This document shows, piece after piece, positions 1 through 12,895 of a stretch of 64,000 nt of DNA. Numbering within the stretch: position 1 is the first letter of the stretch; every line of letters begins with the position of its first letter. Source of the DNA: Gnetum montanum (lineage: Eukaryota > Plantae > Gnetophyta); contig MNCI01002446.1 in NCBI GenBank assembly GCA_015680685.1, positions 327,876-391,875 of the forward strand. Reading direction: 5' to 3'. A model generated the notes under the pieces. The model had not been told where the DNA came from. It searched no databases and saw nothing but the letters and a program-made list of their open reading frames with translations. Made by a program: the position numbers and the translations under genes.

Positions 1-1099
1 AGAATATGCAAACATTATCAGAGGTAGAACCATGCAAGATCACTCTGACAACCAAAACAAATAGAGGATAACAAACTTAGAAGTAAGATAAAACACTATT
101 CGACAATCAGAAAGAAGGACTGAAAGAAATAAGGATAGGGGCCCAACTACAAATCAAAAGTATTAATGCGATGTTTGCCTATACAATCATCCCAAAGGCC
201 AATGCCCAATCTTGCCACATCTACATGAGCATTGGAAAAGAATGCTACATCCAAATTTTGTACAAAAGTACTGTGCTCAACCGTAGTGGTAGAACCCCCA
301 GTCATGGGGGAGACCATCGCCAAACTGGCCTCACCCTTTGTATGCCCCAATACCAAGTGCTTATTATGTTCAACACCCTATTTCTCCAACTAGATCAACA
401 TCCTCTACTTCATCACATCATTATCATTCTTCTGAATATCATCAACCCATGTCCTCTCCCATGGGATCACCACCTCATGTTCCTTACACCTCTCCTTGCT
501 CTCAATATTCTCATCCTTCACCTCCTTCTACATCACCACCAATTGTACCAAAAGGTTTGCTACCACAGCACCAACCAATGAACATTACTTGTGCTACTAC
601 TGTCAACAGTAGTGGAAGTCCTCCACAACATCAGAAGCATCCTTTCTTTAGGCATTGCCATAGAAAGGGGTAGCATGGTTCTAAAACCACTACATCCTCC
701 AACTTAGCACAAACCCAACACTGTGATGTACCTTCCTCTTCAAACTCAACACCTCTTGTTACCTTATCTAGGCCACCAATTAATACTCCAACAACCATGT
801 AGCCCAATGAATATAACACTGTAAGGAGACATATTGATCCTTGCATACCATCGTCTAGTCACAGGTGCCATAGTGGGTCAGCTTCTTATCACATGATCAT
901 ATCTTATAATCTACTCCACTATGCCTACTTTAATCAAGTGTGTGAACCCCCAGTTAGGTACATTATTGTCACCACACCAAAAGACACCCAGTGGTTTGGA
1001 TATGATCAGACCCCAATATTTCAAATATGCATGGATCCTAAATTTCCATTTATTAATTCTCGCCAAAAGCTTAATCATGGGGGATACCCCCCATTCTAA
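1..1099 (+). pseudogene. gag C-terminal part (Zn knuckle + Pro/Ser-rich linker), decayed
   Basis: CX2CX3HX4C knuckle; frameshifted P/S/H-rich ORF fragments; ends ...MDPKFPFI...HGGYPPF*, matching 58011-59994. Confidence 0.8.
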
Positions 1100-2499
1100 T
1101 AAGCAGAATTAGTAAATGTTTTTCCTTTTATTTAGTTTCACAATTTTTTATTTTCTAAATTTTTCATTTTTCAATTTGTCGTTTTATCTTTTTGAGGGTA
1201 ATCTCATCTGTGAATAAAATACTAATGTGACCTATCGATTAAGGTGTTGTTCTATGTTATCAAGTCACAAGTGACTAATTATTTGGATAGTGAGCCCACA
1301 ACATCACCCACCCATTCTATAACTAAGAGGTTCTACACTAGGTATGATGATATTCTTGTTATCATTAGAACTTAAAGTAACTTTGTACTAATTATGCCTA
1401 GAGTGAAAAGTGACAGACTAAGAGGGAATGGCAAGGGTGTGACATCAAGGGGACTTGTGGATTCTCTTTGGTGAAATTTGTTTGTGCTATCATGTAGCTT
1501 GGTTGTACTAAGATCCTTGTAGATCTTATGAAAAATGGAAGTAACAGCTGTGGTAAAGGCACTCAATAAAGGAACTCATTGCTGTTCTAGAGGGTCCCAC
1601 TAGAAAGACATGCACCCATGCCTGAAGGTTGGTGGCTTCTCTGGATCTTCATTGAGAAAGATAAAGTGCAAAAGCAACCAAAAGAAGAAAAAGAAAAGAA
1701 AGAAGAAAAATAGAAAAGAAAAGATCAAGAAAAATGTGCTGCAGACAAATTCAAATCACTCCTCCCTTGCACAAAATGCCAAGTGATCATACACTTTGCT
1801 ATTGTGATGCTCTTATGGTTGTCTATCATTGGGATGAAACACTGCAATGTCACTAATCAAAGGTATGTACTTGGTTTTAATCTTAGAGCAATAGGCTAAT
1901 AGTACCTTAATCATGCACAACACTTTGGATTCATTATGCTCAAGGTAGGTTACCTCACATCTCGATCTTTATAATCCCTTCTACAATTCCTCTCATCTCA
2001 CAGTCCAAGTATTTCTAACTTGTGTCTTGTGTGCCATAGAATTCATACCTCATCACGATGGTATTTAACATGTGTGTGTTTTGTTGCATAGGTGTGAATT
2101 GCATTTAACCCTTCTAGTGCCTACAGACATTTTAAGACATGGTTACGCAAGGGCATGATAGGTTGGAACCTGCTTTGGGGAGGATCCACTTGCGTGATTT
2201 TTGTAGTTTGTACTTGTTGCACACCACCACATCATTTTATACCCTCTAAATATAACATTGTCAAATCTATTCTTTCCTTTGTCATTATTTTAACCAAACA
2301 TTCCTTTGCACCATTACATGTCCTTTCTCCTCACCCTATTCAAAGAACTACATTGTCTAATTCCACTTCATTACACTTTTGGTGCTTTAATGTCCACTTG
2401 ACATTACCCCAAACCTTTAAAATCTACCTCAAATCCTTCATTTTTAGCCATGAAAACTCAAAAATTCATCAATTTTACTAAGTACCCTATTTGGGGGGG

Positions 2500-2600
2500 A
2501 GGACGTGATATCAGATACCCGGTATCGAGTCTGATGCAATATTGGGTATGTGCTATCGCATAGGCGATATCACATCCACAAAACCTATATATATGGGGTC
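2500..2600 (+). promoter_or_regulatory. Internal promoter of accessory gene (GATATCG palindrome array + TATA), element A
   Basis: GTGATATCAG, GCAATATTG, GCTATCGC, GCGATATCAC followed by CCTATATATATA at ~2584-2594; homologous to 61366-61442. Confidence 0.55.
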
Positions 2601-3109
2601 CCCCGCACATGTTCAAGTCATTTTCAACAGTTGATATGAGGGGAGCTGTTGAAATTTTCTTTCACAATTTTTAGCGCTTTGAGAGTCTAACCTTCAACTA
2701 TCAATATCTCGCTCATTAATGCTCTGATTTCCTTTCCAATCAAATATAATTAAACCTAGAGTGTTTAACCTAGTTGTGGGGGAGGCGTATGGTAGAATTC
2801 GCACATAACTTTTTCAAAATTTGCTATCTCCCAAAGGATATTATAGGGGTAAGTAATATTAAGAAATGTTAAGAACCCATGCCAAACTAGTTTTCTTCCT
2901 TTACCCAAATCATTTAAATTATTAATTGAAGTCACCTAAGCAAATCAAGCCTGGCATTAAAATTTTTAGGGGAACTTCCTTGAAAAATTTCTAACTCTAA
3001 AATCACATGAAGCAAAGAATTCACATTTATTAAAGGCAATAAGTAAGGTATGAGATAATTGAACTTCTTTAAATAACCTTACTAACAATAGATCTTTGTG
3101 TGATTACAG

Positions 3110-6100
3110 ATGGCCCCTAAACGAGGACAATAGGGAGGACCTTCTCAAGGTGCATCCAAACATCTGAGAAGAGGTAGAGGCCAAGGACCTCATGCGGAAC
3201 ATGTAGAATAGGAGGCATAATCGTTTAACATCCATCAAAAAACCCCTGTTACTACACAATCTGGTCAAGTAGAAGGTGGAGAGGGTAAGGCACCTAAACA
3301 AAGACAACATCTCACGTTGTCCCCAGAATGCGTCCAAGCCATTTGGGAAAGGTCCACATCTGCTGCAGTAGTTATGGAACTTAATTTTGGGCCTTTTACC
3401 AAATTCGCCCTTGAACTAATCAAGGATCAACTCAAGGGATCTCCACTATGGCTTTTCCTCTCAGAAAGTGGAGAATGGTATTTAGGAGAAACCTATCAAT
3501 TTTGGCATAATAAAGAGGAAGGCATCACTGTCGACATTGGTGAAATTTTAATAAATTTCTTTGCAAAATCCATTGTAAAAGTTCTAAATCTTCCTAATAC
3601 AAGGCCTAAAGTTGCTCATCTATCCACCCGCTCTGGTGCAGATGCAAGAAAAGTATGGCTAAAAAGGACGTATGAAAAGAAGACAAAACATATGAAGAAC
3701 TAACCCTTGAAGAGAGAATTTATTTTAAAATTGGCACCTATCACATTTTCCCAATGAAGGGGTTAAATAAGATTTCTACCTATCTGGCCAGAGGAAGTGT
3801 GATCTTGATGGGCAATGTTGATGCCAATTTGCCCCATTTGTATTTAACAAAGATATTGAGGCAGTTTGAAGAACGAAAGATAGGAAAGTTTGCACTCCCC
3901 TTTCCATGTCTAATCAAGAAGCTATGCCGACGTGCTGAAATTCTAGGGTATACTAATGACATCTAGAAAAGCTCAAAATGCTTCATATGCCGAATTGCTA
4001 AAGCCGCCAGCACCAAGAAAAGATGTTGGTGAGACACTAGAGCCCAAACAAGAATAAATGGGTAGGCCCACTACACCTCAAACAGTAGGGCCTAGCCAAC
4101 TTCCAAACACGAGGCTTAGCCAACAATAAGAAGCAGGGCCCAGTACATAGCCCATAGGCTAGCAGGACTAGCAATTTCCACTACTATAGCAAGATTACTG
4201 ATTGTCGATGAGCCATCTCAGGGCCATCACAAAGATGATTAGTTGAGGAAGTAGGGATGAGGCCAATCTCTTCAGGTGATTGATGATGCTGTACATCCCA
4301 CCATATCAATTGATCATGCAAGGGTGAGGTCTCAATATAAATAGAAGGAGGGGAATCGCATTGGTCACAACAGATCTCAGGGAATGTGGCATCATTCCAA
4401 GTATAATTGGAAACTGGTGAATGTGCCACAATGGTGGTCATGCAACACCAGGATGTAGCTGGAGTAGCAGAGGTGTTCATAGACCACATTAAGGAATTAT
4501 TCAACGTCCCTGTTATGCCACCGACATATTTCACAGGAGCATGTGATGCTCAAGTTCTGGCTAGTACCTCAATGACTCTTGCAGAACCTAAGGATGCTCT
4601 GGATTACTTACTATGAATAGGACAAGTAATGACATTCTTGTTTGACATCCCCTAGGATGTCACAGTAACATAATTAAACCTCATTTCCATGAAGGGAAAT
4701 TTGGTTATGGTTGAGGTTAGGGCCGAACACGTAGAAGATGAATTGAGAAGACTCTAGGAAAATTTCATTGCTCTACAAGTTGAACAACGGGATCTATCCC
4801 AACTTGTTCTAGTCAATCAACTAGAATCATTTAGTATGGAGTAGCTAAATAAATTACCAATGAGAATAAAGGGGTGGCAATGGAAGAACCTAAGGATGCT
4901 CTGGATTACTTACTATGAATAGGACAAGTAATGACATTCTTGTTTGACATCCCCTAGGATGTCACAGTAACATAATTAAACCTCATTTCCATGAAGGGAA
5001 ATTTGGTTATGGTTGAGGTTAGGGCCGAACACGTAGAAGATGAATTGAGAAGACTCTAGGAAAATTTCATTGCTCTACAAATTGAACAACGGGATCTATC
5101 CCAACTTGTTCTAGTCAATCAACTAGAATCATTTAGTATGGAGTAGCTAAATAAATTACCAATGAGAATAAAGGGGTGGCAATGGAAAAGGAGAAGGCTA
5201 ATTAGGATGCTTCAAAAGCATAGGCTCAAACATATGCATATGCAAAAGCACTCGAGGCCTTACAAGAAGAAAATAAACTCCTTGCTACCAAAAATCTTCA
5301 GTTGACAACAGTCAAAAAACAGAAGAAATTTCTCAAGAAAATTTTCCAACAAATGTGAGAATAACTTATAAGAGTCAACCAATACATCAATCACTTAGCT
5401 AGAGAGAACATAACCCTCTCGATGGAGGAGGTACGCGCCATCCGATTGAAGATGGTCATTGAAATAAGCACATGGCAGAATGAGGCTAAGTGACATGAAA
5501 AATTAAAAGAGCACTTTCGTGATCAGGTGGGGATGTATAAGGAGATCATCAAAAAAGATATTTGTATGGCTAGGATCACATTAACTCCTTCAGTGCTCAA
5601 CACACTAACTGGCAAGCTGTACTAAACACTTATGCCTTCGCCCACTAAGCAGAATTAAAGAGCCAAGACCTATAGATCTCGGATCTCACAAAATACATGG
5701 AGTTGACAAATCTTCAATATGCCAACTTGGCCATGTTAATAGCACAGTGCCCGAGGAATGAGCTAGAAAAATAGGTAGCTACCACCTATGCCAAATATTA
5801 AACAAAGTTTGCTAAACACAAGAAGGCATTGCAGAGATTGGAGGTAGCAAACTCTAAACTAGAGGTGGTAAAAGCTAGCTACTAAGGCCAAAAGGATGTT
5901 ATAGTAGACTTGGCTCGACAGCTTACAGATTATCAAGAATTCAGAGATAAAACCAAAGCCTACAAGGAGGAATAATGGTTGTTTGCAACATCGTATGTCA
6001 AAGCTAATCAGATGTTTCCGCAACTACCATGTCCATGGGAGGTGTCGACTCTGTCAAACATTGAAACATCAGCATCGATGGCACATGATCCTTGAATAGA

Positions 6101-6209
6101 GAAGGAAAAACTTCAGGCACTCCTTCAAAAGTATCCATTTTAGAAGCTTGGAGCACAAGATAAAGGGAAAAAGTTCATGGAGGGGCCACCCCCACCAGGA
6201 ACCACATGA
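3110..6209 (+). pseudogene. env-like accessory ORF (Athila ORF2 / putative plant transposon protein domain + long coiled coil), element A
   Basis: Starts MAPKRG directly after ...GTGATTACAG. Contains LPFPCLIKKLCRRAEI (L.FP.LI..LC..A motif of Athila env-like proteins) and an E/K/L/Q-rich heptad C-half. Many TAG/TGA stops. Ends ...PPPPGTT*. Confidence 0.75.
4583..5186 (+). repeat. 302-bp tandem duplication (4583-4884 / 4885-5186)
   Basis: Two near-identical copies starting AGAACCTAAGGATGCTCTGG; one substitution seen (CAAGTTG vs CAAATTG). Confidence 0.95.
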
Positions 6210-6397
6210 GTTCCAAACAATTTTATATTTTGTATTTTGTGTTGGTGTCCCAATTTTTTTTTGTCTAGTCCCACACTATAGCATGAAATAATCCATAGTC
6301 AGTCCATAATCCCATACCTACCCACTATGTAATCCAATGGACTTATTTCCTCATTTTGTCTAACTTGAGGATGAGTTTTTATTCAGTCGTGGGGGTA

Positions 6398-7214
6398 TGA
6401 TGAATTGCAGTTTGCTAGGCCTTGATATTAGGTACACGATATCGTAGCTTGGATATGATATCGTATATATGATATCATGATTCCTATGTTAGCTTATAAA
6501 TATAGCACTTAGGTGCACATGATGGGGGGGATTAGTTAGTCATTAGGAGTCTAGAGTATTTTTATTAGTTTTTAGTTCTTTTCCCAAGTGCTTGCCCACA
6601 ATGTGATGCTTGTAATTGTACGAAACTTGGTTCAAGCATGACGTACTTGAACATGCACATAATTGGTAATAAAGATCGAGATTACTCCATCATTGCAGCA
6701 TTCACTTAGTTTTTAATTATTTAATTGTTAATTATTTATTGTTGTTTTCTTAGTTAATATTTCTTTTATCATCATTTACTATTCCTGTTGTCAATGCAGA
6801 ATGAGTACATCTTAATCATGAACATTTAAGTGTAACTACGTGGTAATCTAGTAGCATATCAAGTAGTGTCTTGAGTGATGTGTGCTTGGTAATCCCAGAA
6901 GTAGTACATGAAGTCCAAGATGTGTATGGATGATTAAGGATGGATGCTCATTGCACTTAGGCTAGCTTAGATTTTATTTTCTACTACTCATTAGCTTAAT
7001 TAAGTTATTTCTTATTGTCCTTAGAAGTAGCATAGTAGTAGAAACCACATCATACACCTCACTCTAGACTAAACCATATGTGATAAAGCAAATACTATTC
7101 CAAGTGGTAAGACAATGAACTATGATCAACTTATAACTATCTAGGTGCCACAACTAGTCTGTTTGCAGAGTTTGACCGGATCACATGTACACGCTCGTAT
7201 TCATATGGTTGAGT
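6398..7214 (+). repeat. 3' LTR of element A (last ~25 bp missing)
   Basis: Begins TGATGAATTG after the PPT; aligns to 62881-63690 up to ...TTCATATGGTTGAGT, then switches to internal sequence of element B. Confidence 0.9.
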
Positions 7215-8066
7215 CTTATTACTATGGAAAGGACCCACTTGCATATCTCTTGGTTGGGTTAGTTAAGTACCTCATCCTTAAATATTCTTGCAATCCAAAC
7301 CTTCGTGCACCCCATCCAATGCATCCAATTGTGTGCTTCTTAAGGAAATTTCTTTAATGAACACATTCTCCACCAAATTTTTCAATTTTTGAGTTTTCAA
7401 TGACCCTCTTCAATGATTCCATCAAATTATTGGCTTTTCTGGGATTCCATGGATCCCACTTTCATCAAAAAAACTTTGGGTAATTTTTGAGAAATTCAAG
7501 TTGAAATATTTTGTTTACACCCTTCATATACGAGTACTCGTTGATGGACCCATACATATACAAGACCTCGTATACAAGATCCCATCAATGCAACACAAAA
7601 ATATTTTATATATATATATGCACCTACACTTCAAATTTCTCACATTTCCTTTCAAACGCCATAGGAGTTTTTGTAATTTTCAAAGCCTAAAACCTTCCAA
7701 CAGCCATATATTTCTAATCATTTGCCCAAATCACTCCATTCTTCAACCCTATAGCTACTAGAGGTAAGCTCTTGGTCATGGAGATCACAAACCTAAATTT
7801 TTTGATAGAAAATTTTTGTAAATATTTCTAACTGCCACAAAGCTTTAACAAAGAAACCAACATGAAAACATCAAATTACAAAAGTTAAACCCTTCCAACT
7901 AGCTTCGGTAACATTTTGAACTTAAAAATTAATAAATTAATAATAAAATAACCAATCTACCATGGTCCAACCTTAGCCTAAGTGTAACTAACTAATGAGA
8001 CGAGGTATCAAAACATTATAAGTTACACATTATATATACTAATCCTTGGATGTGTTGTGACCATAG

Positions 8067-10889
8067 ATATCACCAAAGGGGAAGCACACACAGGAAGGAG
8101 GACCATCACAGCCACAAGATAAATGACCACGAATAGAAAGGGGCCAAGAAGAAGCCTAAGAACAACAAGTAGCAACCCATGCTACATGACCTCTTAGGAA
8201 GGAGCCTGAAGTGGAATGTGTGTATTAAATTCTAGAATAAGAAGTAGTGACAAAGTAATCCCACCGAGATGAGGCACTAGCTCTACAAGCAAACCTTGAG
8301 GTGACCTTGACAAAAGCTTACCTCAAGCACATCAAATCAAAGGAGGTTTAAAAAATGGTGCTAAGAGTTAAATTTTGGCTCTTTCTTAGAGCAAGCACCT
8401 CAAGAAGTATAAGATCAACTGAAGACCTCTTCCATGTGGCCCATCATCACTTCCAATGGGGAGTGGTACATGGGAGAGACATTCTTATTCTAGAATAATA
8501 GGAAGGCCAGTTCAACAGTCAAGATTAAGAACATGTTAGTGTCCTACTTAGTGCAGACCATTTTAGAGGCACTTGGATTATTGAAAAACAAGGTGAATTT
8601 AGCTAAGATTTCAATACAGGCAGATCCCAACATTAAGAAAGAATGGATACAATGGTGTTATGGAGTTGACTGTAAGGAGTTTAGTGCATTCACACTGACA
8701 GAGAGAATCTACTACAAGATTACGACCTTTCACCTCAATCCAATGGTGAGGCCAAGTAAGATCACTACCTTCTTCACCTATGCATGTGTTGCTCTAAGTG
8801 GTAGATTCCTTGTTAACCTTCCACAAATAATCTATCTTAAGATAAAAAAGCACTTCAAGGAGAACAAATGTGAAGGAAGGCATTCCCCTTTGCATAACTC
8901 ATCAGAAAAATATATTGGAGGGGAGGAATAACCCGCTGTATAAATGAAAAAGTCTGACATGCTCCATCCGCTAACTAGACAAAGATGATGAAGGATAAAG
9001 TCCCTACAAAAGTCATCCAAGAAGAGGAGCTACAACCACCACCTCCACCACCCACTCAATAAATAGTATCATACATCGCTACAACTTCTCAACGGTTGCA
9101 TGAACTCTGAGAATGACTCTTGAGTGAGCAAGGGCAATAAGCAGGAACAAGTGGTGGTGATCCATCTATGTATCAGCTAATAATGAGTCACCTAAATGAA
9201 GTGGCTTAAATAGTTAGCTAGATTGAGGGAGGTGGACTAATCTTTTAGGCCCAAAGAATATAGTTGCTTGCAAGATCAAATCCTAATGCCTGAGAGGTAA
9301 TGGTATCCCTCTCACAATAATAGCAATTCTTAGAAATCTCTAGGAACATCCCTCCTTTTTTAGTGTGCTTAGAGGAGAATGAGGGGGAAACAATTTTGGT
9401 GATGTAGCACTAGGAGCAGGAGATAATAGTGAACATGGTTGCTAATAGAATTAACGAAATACTAAACACACCTATGACATCTATACTAAACATCTCTACA
9501 CTTAAATATGTGTAGACATCCATAGAGATAATAAGTGGCAAGTTTAGCACAATACAACATGAATAATTGCTAGATCGGCTTGTGGAAACTAGGTAACTGA
9601 TTCAAGATGTCTTCAAACTTTCAAACAACATAATTGCAACCTAGTCAGAGTTGTTGGAAGCAAGGAGAAAGAACAACATTTTGAAGGGGTAGCTTGAAAT
9701 AGCCAAAGAGCTAAATGAATGCTTGGTTGCAGAGGTTGCCGAACTAAGAGCCTAGATTGCTAACCCTGCATTCCTCAACCCAGCACTAATAAAGGATGAA
9801 GCTCTTGAACAACTTCACACAAGATTGAAAGGGGTTGAGGTTGCGATAGAGATGATGGTGTTCTATTGATCCTTAGTAGAGGTCATTGAACATAAAATTC
9901 AGAAGGCCTTAGATTAGACCCACCAAGAGAATGTACAATTGACCACAAAGAATCATCGCCTGTGAAATGTTAATGCACAAAAATAGTAGATGGCAGATTT
10001 CATTCATCAACAATAGGAGTAGCTAGCCAGAGTGAACACTAAGTTAAGGAGGTTTGTACTCTTTGCCAAAAGACTATAATCAAAGTAGCAACCTGGAAAT
10101 TAGAGGCTCTCAAATTTGAGAGAGTTAAAAATCACTACAAAGATCAGGTTGGTTTACAGAAAGAAGTTAATGAAAAACACATCCAGTTGGTGAAGGCGAA
10201 AGTAAATGAGATCCTCCAACAACTCCAGCAAGGAAGAGAGGTATGACAACCTATCATTGATGGGATAGATGCCTACAACAAAGTGAAGATCTACATGAAG
10301 AAGTTACAGATTGAGGAGATGATAGAATACATGGAGCTTGCTAATCTCAAATATGCAAATTTGGCTATGCTAACTATTGAATGATTGTTGCTTGAATTAG
10401 AGAAACAAGTGGCCAACTCATACTTATTGTACAAGGTAGAGTTCAAGCACTACAAGGAAATCAAGTAGAAGCTTGTAGTGAAACGTAGAATTGGAAGTTC
10501 TTAAGGCAAAGTTCATTGATCAAAGATTAACCGTCGAGAACTTGGCCAAGAGGATGAATGACTGCGAGGAGCTGCAGAATGCACTTAAGGTGTTTGATAT
10601 CAAATGCAAGCAATTCGTTGGCTAGTTTGTCAATGTGAAGGAGCTGTTCTTAGTAATGCCCTGTTCATGGGGTATTTTAATTCTAGCCCACATTGGTGAT
10701 GTCATGTGGACTATGAATAATCCCCTAAGCAAGGAGGAGAAGATGAAGGCATTGTTGGATGCCTTTTGCATTCCATTGGAAGTGGCAATTGCAGCAGGAT
10801 AGCCATAGCCACCTCAACCACTGCATGCGCCCGAAGTAAGAGAAGGTCTTTTGGAACCTTAAGAACCTTCACCACTTGGGACCATTTGA
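8067..10889 (+). pseudogene. env-like accessory ORF, element B
   Basis: (M>I)SPKGK start after GACCATAG; GEWYMGETFLF, FHLNPMVRPSKIT, VNLPQIIYLKI blocks shared with 45536-48341 and distantly with 3110-6209; coiled-coil C-half; many stops. Confidence 0.75.
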
Positions 10890-11116
10890 ACTTTTCAACT
10901 ATCTTCATGTTGTCAGAGGATTTGTTGTCCAATTTTGTTTAGTCATGTTCTAGTGTTTAGTTTTGTGTCATGAACACCAAAATTTTGTAATCAATGTCGA
11001 TCCATACACTTGGACACTTAGTTTTGTTGTGTTGTGTTGTGTGTCATTCAATAATCACATACCTTCTCAATTTTGTAAAAAACTCGAGGATGAGTTTTCA
11101 TTCAATCATGGGGGTA

Positions 11117-12002
11117 TGATGAATTGTCTTCGATCAGTTGGGTCAATGAGATGCCATCAAGGTGACCTCGTCAATGGGATCTCATCGATGTAGGGTTTTC
11201 CATGTTGATGTATACCTGTCGATGTGGCACCCTAATAGGTCTATAAATATGGCATCCCATCTATGTTAATGGGGGTTAAATTTTAGTTACTAGCGAAATT
11301 CTTGCAATTTATTTTCATAAGGGATAGAATAATTTTCTAAGTGCCCATAGCAGGAGTCAAGGAGTGTACAGATCTTTATTCAAGTAGTATTGTAGCTGAG
11401 CATCGTAGTATGTGTGGTAATAAAGACAAGCTTTTTGATAAACCTTGCAACACTTGGACTAGCTTAATGATTCATTTATGCATTTATTATTTTCATTAAT
11501 TAAGCAATGAATTAAGTTAAAATGATTAAGACTTTAAGTAATTAATTAAGCTAAATAGACTAGCACACATAAGTATAATCACTTCAAACATATGTATAAC
11601 ACTTGGTAATCCTAGTAATGCTTAATGCTTAGTTGCCCAGCAGTTTTGTACATGTTCAAGATGTGTACAGAAAGTGGGATTGGATGGTTATGTTAGGATA
11701 GTTAGTTATTAATTAGCAATTAAATTAGTTGAATTAGTTAATCAAATTATTCTCAATCTATTACCAACCTTACGCAAACAAAATATAAAATAATAAAAAT
11801 CATGTGCCTCGATTGCACTTAACCATGCAACTAAGCTTCACAAGTGTAGTTGGAAAGACAACAATTGTTGCACGATTAGATTCACCTTCTAGATTGAGTC
11901 CTGTGTACGAGAACACTAGAAATCCACAGAATTCAATCGGATCATGCATGAATGCCTTAGTGATTCGTATGGTTGGACGTAGGGGTACCTCATCGCTCAT
12001 CA
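11117..12002 (+). repeat. 3' LTR of element B
   Basis: TGATGA...CTCATCA termini, TATAAATA at ~11241, preceded by PPT; similar to 48576-49409. Confidence 0.9.
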
Positions 12003-12895
12003 AAAGTCTTATAAAATTAACTACTAAGCAAACATTGACACATCCTTAGCAAAGGCACCAATGATGAGTGGTTGGGTATTCCAACACTCCACCATATAAG
12101 TCATGAGCATTCACGCATGACCATATCATAATCTGTAATGGGCAATTTATGTATGCTAGTGGTTGATAGTTGGTTTTTTATCATTGTCTTCTCACATTGA
12201 GTTAGTAAAGTGCAAGTAGTGTGGTTTAACTCTCAATGAGGTATATGATATCATGATGTTGTGGGCTCAAATTAATGCTAAATGTTTCCATAATGAAAAT
12301 GAGAATAAATTCTAAATCTAGGTGATAATAGAAATGTAGATGTATCATAGCCTATGGCGATACACATTTGTTCTTGGCTTGTTGTATAGGCCTTGGGCTC
12401 ATGTAACTGTTATTGGGATTACCAAGTGAATTCACTATTGAGGGAATTAAGTGAAGTTACTATTGGGTTACTAAATGATTACACTTAACACTCAAAAATT
12501 AGTTGTACTTATTCCACCTTACTAATGAACATTGGAAAAGTAAAGTACTTAGAAAATGTAAAGAACTTAATCAAAGTAAACATGTTAGAAAATAAAAGTA
12601 AACTAAGCAAGATGTTGCAGTGGTAAGAAACAATCTCGATCTTTATTGTTGATCATGAATTATGTCCAAGTACAATCCACTTGAATAACGAGTCCATACA
12701 ACTACTAGTTACCACACTTCAGGCATTCATTTCTAACTCTAAGTGTAGCTCATGGAAAGAAATTGTAAGAATTTCGCTAAGGGTTGAACGGAAGTTTTTC
12801 TTTGATGTGATGGCGGGTTGATATTTATAATGGAGACTAGGACCCACTACATCGTATATATGATGATATAAGTAGAGCTACGATATTGCATCATT
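12003..12895 (-). mobile_element. Athila-like element C remnant: 5' LTR (~12895-12062), PBS (12060-12043) and ~40 bp internal sequence
   Basis: Minus strand reads ...CCACTCATCA T TGGTGCCTTTGCTAAGGA; carries LTR motifs TTGGTAATCCCAATA, AATAAAGATCGAG, TATAAATA. Distal boundary approximate. Confidence 0.8.

Larger units (their letters stand above)
1..7214 (+). mobile_element. Athila-like Ty3/gypsy LTR element A (5' part outside window): gag end, non-coding spacer, env-like gene, PPT, 3' LTR; no pol
   Basis: Colinear with the complete element at 57060-63690. Gag Zn-knuckle CDVCLYNHPKGQCP at ~167-210. Athila-type 3' end TTGAGGATGAG...AGTCGTGGGGGTA|TGATGA at 6365-6403. Confidence 0.9.
7215..12002 (+). 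mobile_element. Athila-like element B (second family), 3' half: spacer end, env-like gene, PPT, 3' LTR
   Basis: GGACCCACTTG spacer motif at 7231; env-like pseudogene; CTCGAGGATGAG...ATCATGGGGGTA|TGATGA at 11084-11122; LTR ends CTCATCA at 12002. Confidence 0.88.

Noticed and set aside
1372-1566. Antisense ORF in the conserved spacer
   Set aside because: No equivalent open frame in the homologous spacer of D or E.
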